Shown here one piece after another: positions 58,726 to 64,000 of a stretch of 64,000 nucleotides of DNA. The stretch lies in contig CASFJK010000002.1 in assembly GCA_949295025.1 (NCBI GenBank), positions 21,372 through 85,371 of the forward strand, written 5' to 3'. How positions within the stretch are numbered: position 1 is the first letter of the stretch; each line of letters opens with the position of its first letter. The notes below the pieces were generated by a model. It saw only the letters and a program-made list of their open reading frames with translations, did no database searches and had not been told where the DNA came from. Made by a program: the position numbers and the translations under genes. The stretch comes from an uncultured Pseudomonadota bacterium (GTDB lineage Bacteria > Pseudomonadota > Alphaproteobacteria > RF32 > CAG-239).

Positions 58726-60993
58726 ATGTATAAAGAACTTTTGGCGCCGGCCGGTGATATTGAGGCCGGTTATGCTGCGCTTTATTATGGAGCTGATGCG
58801 GTTTATCTTGGTTTGAAAAACTTTTCTGCTCGTGCGACTGCAGCTAATTTTGATGAACAACAACTCAATGAGTTTGTGGCTTTTGCTCATCATCTCAATC
58901 GTAAGGTTTATGTAGCCATCAATACTTTGGTGCAAGAACATGAGATGCCACAGCTCATTCAAACTTTAGATTTGTGCTCAAAATATCATGTTGATGCGAT
59001 TATCATTCAAGATTTGGGCGTGGCACGCATTATTCACGAGCAATATCCCGAACTTGAAATGCATGCCAGCACACAAATGGCCGTTCATAATAAGGAAGGG
59101 GCTTTAGCCTTGCAAAAAATCGGCTTTACACGTGTGGTTTTAGCTCGAGAACTGCATCTTTCCGAAATCAAGGAAATTGCCTCTATTCCCAATTTGGAGA
59201 CCGAAGCTTTCATTCATGGGGCTTTGTGTTATTCTTACAGCGGATTTTGTCTGTTTTCTTCTTTTGAAACCGGAAAAAGTGCCAACAGAGGAAAATGTTT
59301 GTACCCTTGTCGCGCTTCATTTGAAGGTGAGGTCGGTAAAAAGCACTATTTTTCAATGAAAGATATGGCCTTGCAGGAAAAAATCTTGGATATGCCTGTT
59401 ACCTCTCTCAAAATTGAAGGACGCAAAAAGACCGCACTCTATGTTGCTGCCGTTACCGATTATTATCGCCGAATTTTGGATGGGAAAGGTGCTGATAGCA
59501 TTCGAGAAGAACACATCAAGCAGATTTTCTCGCGTCCGTGGACAGATTTTCACTTCAAAGGCAAAAACAAAAATGTCATTGATCGCGATTTTGTCGGACA
59601 TCGTGGTCTGCTTATCGGTAAAATTGAAAAAATTGCCAAAAACAAGCTCTTTTTTAAGACAAATCATAAAATTGCCCGCTATGACGGAATCCAGATTGAT
59701 GTGAGCGGAGATGAAAAGCCGTTTGGTTTTTCTTTGCAATTTTTGAAAGTTAACGGCAAAAATGTTTATGAAGCTGAGAAAAATACGCTTGTCGAAATTT
59801 CTTTACCTCCAAAAACGCCGGAACTTTCTTTGGGTGAAAATATTTATTTGGCGTCTTCAAGTGAAGTGAAGGGGGCTTATCCTTACACCAAACCTAAACC
59901 AAAAGAATTTATGCGTCGTGACGAGGTTAAGGTCGAGGTTAAAGTCAGCCCGACAGAAATTATAGCCGAGGCTAACGGAATGTCAGCCAAAGTTAGCGGA
60001 GAATTTACACCGGCACAGAATCCGGATAAAGTGAAATCTGCGATTGAAACAGCTTTTGCTAAAACCGGTGATACGAATTTTACGCTTGGCGGTATTAACA
60101 TTGATAATCCGAATAATCTGTTTGCGCCGGCATCGCTCTTAAATGAATTGCGTCGCGATTTATATGCGCAAATTACCATTGAAGATAAGCATGGCTCAAT
60201 GCCCGAAATTTCTGTTTCTAGACCGCAACAACTATCACAATGGGTGATTAAGACTGATAATCTTGCCAGCCTCTCACAAATAAATTTAGATAAGGTTGTT
60301 GAGATTGTTTGGCTGATTTCTCCAAACTCAAAAGCAGAAGAACTTAAGACTTTGCCTAAAAATAAAGTTCGTATTGCTTTGCCTGCCGTTTGCCGCAAGC
60401 CACAACTTTATGCCAAATTGATTGCCGAGCTTTTGGCGCAAGGCTATAAAAAATGGGAAATCGGGCATTATTGGGGGTTATCGGTTTTGCCAGAGAAAGG
60501 CATAGATATTTCTTTTGATGCTTCAATTTATACGCTTAACACACAAGCCATAGAACAAGCTAAAGAAATGAAGGCAACGCGTGTTACATTGGTTTTGGAA
60601 GATGATTTATCTAATATGCAAGCGCTTGCAGATAAATCTCAACTTCCGATTTGTATGGTTGTTTATCAAGACAGTCCGCTCTTTACCAGTGCCGATTGCA
60701 TTCGTTCCAACGATTGTAAGAATTGTCCGCAAGGAGAAAAATGGCTGGAACTCAAACGTGATGGCAAAGCTTATCAGGCACTTTCTAAAGATTGTCAGAT
60801 TATGTTGTTCTCTGAAAATCCGTATTGTGTTGCCGCAGAAGCTAAAAATATCAAAGCAGATTTTTATCGCGCGGATTTTTGTTATAAAAAATATACTTCT
60901 GATAAGATTTTGAAAATATTTGAAAAATTAACCAAATTTGAAGATATTTCGCCTTGTAATAAAGCTAATGTGGCCAGAAACGGATTAATGTAA
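58726..60993 (+). CDS. Peptidase U32-family protein with a long C-terminal extension
   Basis: U32 core (EAFIHGALCYSYSGFCLFSSF...RGKCLYPCR) in a 755-aa protein, implying an added DUF3656-like C-terminal domain. Confidence 0.8.
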   Translation: MYKELLAPAGDIEAGYAALYYGADAVYLGLKNFSARATAANFDEQQLNEFVAFAHHLNRKVYVAINTLVQEHEMPQLIQTLDLCSKYHVDAIIIQDLGVARIIHEQYPELEMHASTQMAVHNKEGALALQKIGFTRVVLARELHLSEIKEIASIPNLETEAFIHGALCYSYSGFCLFSSFETGKSANRGKCLYPCRASFEGEVGKKHYFSMKDMALQEKILDMPVTSLKIEGRKKTALYVAAVTDYYRRILDGKGADSIREEHIKQIFSRPWTDFHFKGKNKNVIDRDFVGHRGLLIGKIEKIAKNKLFFKTNHKIARYDGIQIDVSGDEKPFGFSLQFLKVNGKNVYEAEKNTLVEISLPPKTPELSLGENIYLASSSEVKGAYPYTKPKPKEFMRRDEVKVEVKVSPTEIIAEANGMSAKVSGEFTPAQNPDKVKSAIETAFAKTGDTNFTLGGINIDNPNNLFAPASLLNELRRDLYAQITIEDKHGSMPEISVSRPQQLSQWVIKTDNLASLSQINLDKVVEIVWLISPNSKAEELKTLPKNKVRIALPAVCRKPQLYAKLIAELLAQGYKKWEIGHYWGLSVLPEKGIDISFDASIYTLNTQAIEQAKEMKATRVTLVLEDDLSNMQALADKSQLPICMVVYQDSPLFTSADCIRSNDCKNCPQGEKWLELKRDGKAYQALSKDCQIMLFSENPYCVAAEAKNIKADFYRADFCYKKYTSDKILKIFEKLTKFEDISPCNKANVARNGLM

Positions 60994-61054
60994 AAATTTT
61001 TTTGAACCATATTGAAACTCTCGTCGTTATAAATATATGTAAGGGAGGTAAACA

Positions 61055-61309
61055 ATGGAAGATATTTCAAAATTACTCAAAGAAGCAAGACCATTGTATT
61101 TTGCACGCAAGCGTCGCAACAACATCATAAAATCTGTTTGTGCTATGTTTGTTGGTGTGTTTATGCTTAGTTCTTTGTGGCCGCAATCTCAAAGCGAGTT
61201 TGATATCTACGGATATTATTTTATGTTAGATGATAGTACTTTAACATCATCTAACCTCGCAGAATATGGTTTGCCCACTGATGATTATGGACTTTTGATG
61301 GTTGGCTAA
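61055..61309 (+). CDS. Small single-TM protein upstream of the ECF sigma gene
   Basis: 84 aa with strong RBS GGGAGG. The stop overlaps the sigma start (TAAATG). Confidence 0.45.
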   Translation: MEDISKLLKEARPLYFARKRRNNIIKSVCAMFVGVFMLSSLWPQSQSEFDIYGYYFMLDDSTLTSSNLAEYGLPTDDYGLLMVG

Positions 61310-61804
61310 ATGAAAGAGATAATTTCGGAATATGGCGGACTTATCCGGTCCGTAATCAAAAAAATTACCGGTTCTTATAATGAAGATATTGAACAGGAAG
61401 TTTACATTAAAACCTGGAAAAATATGGAAAATTATCAAGAACAGGGAAAATTCTCAAGCTGGCTCAGCACGTTAACAGCCAATGTATGCAGAGATTATTT
61501 CAAATCTAAGCAACATATTATGGAGACAAAGCAAGTCAGTGGAGAGGAAATTTTTGATAAGGTAAAGGTCGGCGGCAGACAAGAAGAGGTGATTGATGCC
61601 AAAAAACGTCAAAAAATTATTCTTAAAGCTGTAGATGGCTTGCCTAGAAAAATGCGCCAAGTGGTGATTTTGTTTGAGTTTGAAGAAAAATCTTACGAAG
61701 AAATTTCTAAAAAACTTGGGTTGCCGGTTGGTACAATTAAATCCAGATTGTTTAATGCCCGCAAAATTTTGAGCGAAAAACTTAAATTCTTGAAGGAGAA
61801 CTAA
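61310..61804 (+). CDS. ECF-subfamily RNA polymerase sigma-70 factor
   Basis: Region 2 (...YIKTWKNMENYQEQGKFSSWLSTLTANVCRDYF) and region 4 HTH (SYEEISKKLGLPVGTIKSRLFNARKIL). 164 aa. Confidence 0.8.
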   Translation: MKEIISEYGGLIRSVIKKITGSYNEDIEQEVYIKTWKNMENYQEQGKFSSWLSTLTANVCRDYFKSKQHIMETKQVSGEEIFDKVKVGGRQEEVIDAKKRQKIILKAVDGLPRKMRQVVILFEFEEKSYEEISKKLGLPVGTIKSRLFNARKILSEKLKFLKEN

Positions 61805-61805
61805 T

Positions 61806-62327
61806 ATGAAAAAAACTTTTTTGACAATGTGTTGTGCAGCTGCTCTTTTAATGGGAGCAACAAATTCTTGGGCTCAAGAAAATGACATGCCGCCACCACC
61901 GCCGCATCATCCGGAACATGCTATTGATGCGCCGAGACCTCATATGCCTCCTCATGAATGGAAAAAAGGTCCAAAATTTGATAAAGAATTCAGAAAAGAA
62001 ATGTCTGATAAGTTTGCTGAAAAACTTGGCTTGACCGATGAGCAAAAGGCAGAAGCTGAAAAATTGCGTGAAGCTAACCGCAAAAAGATGGAACCTTTGA
62101 TGAAGCAAGCTGATGAACTCCGTGAAAAGATGGATGAAATTCGTAAACAAAACATGGAAGATTTTGAAAAAATCTTAACTCCGGATCAAAAAGAAAAGCT
62201 TGATGAAATGAAAGCTAAACGTGAAGCCAAAATGAAGAAAAAAATGGAAAAACGTGCCGAAAAATGGAAAAAAGAGGCAAAAAAAGATAAAAAAGAGATG
62301 AAAAAAGATAAAAAAGATAAAGATTAG
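61806..62327 (+). CDS. Spy/CpxP-family (LTXXQ-motif) periplasmic protein
   Basis: Signal peptide, a Pro/His-rich segment, two LTxxQ motifs (LTDEQKAEAEKL, LTPDQKEKLDEM), and a helical K/E-rich C-terminus. RBS aaggag. Confidence 0.6.
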   Translation: MKKTFLTMCCAAALLMGATNSWAQENDMPPPPPHHPEHAIDAPRPHMPPHEWKKGPKFDKEFRKEMSDKFAEKLGLTDEQKAEAEKLREANRKKMEPLMKQADELREKMDEIRKQNMEDFEKILTPDQKEKLDEMKAKREAKMKKKMEKRAEKWKKEAKKDKKEMKKDKKDKD

Positions 62328-62340
62328 TTTTTTTATCATC

Positions 62341-62377
62341 AATGACAAGCCCCGTATAAATTACGGGGTTTTTTTTA
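62341..62377 (+). terminator. Terminator after the Spy/CpxP-like gene
   Basis: Hairpin ccccgtataaattacgggg followed by TTTTTTTT. Confidence 0.8.
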
Positions 62378-62429
62378 TTGAAAAGACAATTTATGGTGCT
62401 AAACTTATAAAAAAATGAGGAGAAAAATA

Positions 62430-62726
62430 ATGCATTTAGTTGTTTTTGCTTTGGCTTTATATGCTGTGATTGCTGAATGGCGAAACTATAATTTACGCTC
62501 ACAACTGATTAAAAAATCTCAAGTTATTCAAAAATATGTTAAGGATAATACTTATTGGTATGCTAATGTTTTACCGCAAGCAGACAAACTTTGTTTGATT
62601 GAAACAAAAAAAGGCGATTTCATGGTTTCTAAACTCAATGATAAACGCTGGCAGAAAGAAAACGGGGATGTGGATTTTTCCACTATTAAACGTTGGATGT
62701 ATATTGAAGATTTGGAAAAACTCTAA
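62430..62726 (+). CDS. Small membrane-anchored hypothetical protein
   Basis: MHLVVFALALYAVIA... with RBS gaggag 8 nt upstream. The track starts at 62415. The stop overlaps the next start. Confidence 0.4.
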   Translation: MHLVVFALALYAVIAEWRNYNLRSQLIKKSQVIQKYVKDNTYWYANVLPQADKLCLIETKKGDFMVSKLNDKRWQKENGDVDFSTIKRWMYIEDLEKL

Positions 62727-63292
62727 TGACATTACTCATCTTTTTACACGGCAAAGGTGGAAACAAAGATTCTCAAATGGACTTTGTTTCTGATTTGGCT
62801 CAAAAATATAATGCAGAGCTCATTTCTCTAAATGCTCCGTATAAATCTACAATAAAAAAAGATGGTTTCTATTGGTTTGAAAAAGATGAAATCGACGGAA
62901 AACGCAAAGTCAGAATGATGGAGTGGTATTGCTCCTTGGTAATGGCATTGTCTGCTGTGGTTACATTGATGCGAGAAAAAGGTGTGAGCGCCAAAGATGT
63001 GATTTTATGCGGACATTCTCAAGGAGGACTGGTAGCGCTTTATTGTGCTCTCAAACTTGGAGTTAAAGAAGTGATTGCTCTTAATTCTGATGTTCCTGAT
63101 GAGGTTTTTGAAGATATTGCCGATAATCCAAAGGTAAAAATCAAATGGGTGCAGGGGGCAAAAGATGACTTTTTAGATGAAAAAAGAAAAGAATCTTATA
63201 AAAATCTACCTCAAGATTTGGATTTTGAATATATTATCAGCCCGAACTCAACACATAGCCACCTAGATAAAGAAATTTTGGATTTGTTATGA
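62726..63292 (+). CDS. Phospholipase/carboxylesterase-family alpha/beta hydrolase
   Basis: LIFLHGKGGN plus the nucleophile elbow GHSQGG. 188 aa. Confidence 0.7.
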   Translation: MTLLIFLHGKGGNKDSQMDFVSDLAQKYNAELISLNAPYKSTIKKDGFYWFEKDEIDGKRKVRMMEWYCSLVMALSAVVTLMREKGVSAKDVILCGHSQGGLVALYCALKLGVKEVIALNSDVPDEVFEDIADNPKVKIKWVQGAKDDFLDEKRKESYKNLPQDLDFEYIISPNSTHSHLDKEILDLL

Positions 63293-63747
63293 AAATAAGA
63301 AAATTTGCAGAAAAAGATATTCCACAGGTATTAGAAATTTGTCGTGAAATGCGCGAACATCATCGCAAAGTGCTTAATGGTTATTTTAAGCCGATTGATG
63401 AAGCCTATGAACTAAAATCTTTGCAGGAAACACTAACCGATGATGATGTTTTTGCTTTTGTTGCAGAAGAGGGGGATACTATCTGCGGCTGGCTTTGTGC
63501 CGAGTTTACCTCTCGTCCATATTTAGAAAATGAGAGATTTTGCCATGTTTGTGAGCTTGGGGTGTTGCCGGATTTTCGGCGCCGCGGAATTGCCGAAAAT
63601 TTGATGAAAAAGCTCTTCGAAGAAGCCAAAAATCGCGGTATTTCCGAAATTAACCTTGGGGTCTTTAACGATAACACGATAGCTTATAAATTTTATCAAA
63701 AGTTAGGCTTTAAGCCGCTAGAGCAAAAGATGAAAATAAATATTTGA
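63289..63747 (+). CDS. GNAT-family N-acetyltransferase
   Basis: Acetyl-CoA binding motif VLPDFRRRGIAENLM...YQKLGF. ATGA overlap with the upstream gene. Confidence 0.75.
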   Translation: MKIRKFAEKDIPQVLEICREMREHHRKVLNGYFKPIDEAYELKSLQETLTDDDVFAFVAEEGDTICGWLCAEFTSRPYLENERFCHVCELGVLPDFRRRGIAENLMKKLFEEAKNRGISEINLGVFNDNTIAYKFYQKLGFKPLEQKMKINI

Positions 63748-63823
63748 CAAAAAATCTTTTTTGCAATATCTTGTTTTTGTCTAAAAATTAAAAACAAATT
63801 ATTAACCAAAAAATATTTTTTTA

Positions 63824-64000
63824 TGAAAAAATTTATTTTATTTCGCCACGGCGAAACTGATTTGAACGCAAAAAAGATTTTTCAAGGTTGTGGTGTTAAT
63901 GCTGATTTGAATGAAAATGGTCGGCAGCAAGCAAAAGAGCTTAAAGAAGTTCTGAAACCATACGGAATCCAAATTGTTTATTCAAGCCCGCTCAAACGAG
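63824..64000 (+). CDS. Histidine phosphatase (phosphoglycerate-mutase-like) family protein, 5' partial
   Basis: LFRHGETDLN catalytic RHG motif. Runs off the window edge. Confidence 0.6.

Noticed and set aside
1-64000. CRISPR arrays, IS elements, integrons, prophage structural gene blocks
   Set aside because: No regularly spaced direct repeats, transposase, integrase or capsid/terminase-like ORFs were seen. The only repeat structure is the tandem permease duplication.

Overview
This 64 kb window is AT-rich (roughly one-third GC by eye) and is densely packed with housekeeping genes of a Gram-negative, alphaproteobacterial-type chromosome. Between the housekeeping blocks sit many lineage-specific, AT-rich hypothetical, secreted or lipoprotein genes. 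This layout is typical of a host-associated or intracellular alphaproteobacterium, but the organism cannot be named from sequence alone.

Main housekeeping content:
- rpiB-glyA, murF-nrdR-nusB, def, fmt, glmM, mnmA-cysE, alaS, map, radC, recA, fabI, sppA, gatCAB, lon, hupB, and the LPS genes waaA-lpxK.
- Six tRNAs: Asn, Cys, Pro, Arg, Ser and Val.
- A permuted two-piece tmRNA (ssrA), encoded directly upstream of a gene for the ClpXP adaptor SspB.

Most notable observations:
1. The usually adjacent def and fmt genes are separated by about 2.8 kb. The insert carries a 966-bp ORF that is visibly GC-rich, preceded by a 300-nt leader, and two AT-rich hypothetical genes on the opposite strand.
2. 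An orphan PilT/VirB11-family secretion ATPase has its N-domain replaced by a roughly 150-residue low-complexity Q/N/S/T/P-rich extension.
3. An orphan 83-aa FliN/SpoA-domain gene sits at the head of a DUF374-waaA-lpxK LPS operon. A YjfB-like motility mini-ORF (56 aa, below the track cutoff) lies elsewhere in the window.
4. Two ArsB/NhaD permease genes are tandemly duplicated together with their terminators.
5. A HIT-family gene is interrupted by an in-frame TAG stop.
6. A thymidylate cluster has thyX and dut divergently transcribed, with a DHFR-like gene nearby.
7. An ECF-sigma operon is flanked by a small membrane protein gene and a Spy/CpxP-family periplasmic protein gene.
8. A probable alpha/beta hydrolase carries an NLS-like basic patch followed by an acidic tail.

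No CRISPR array, IS element or integron was seen.
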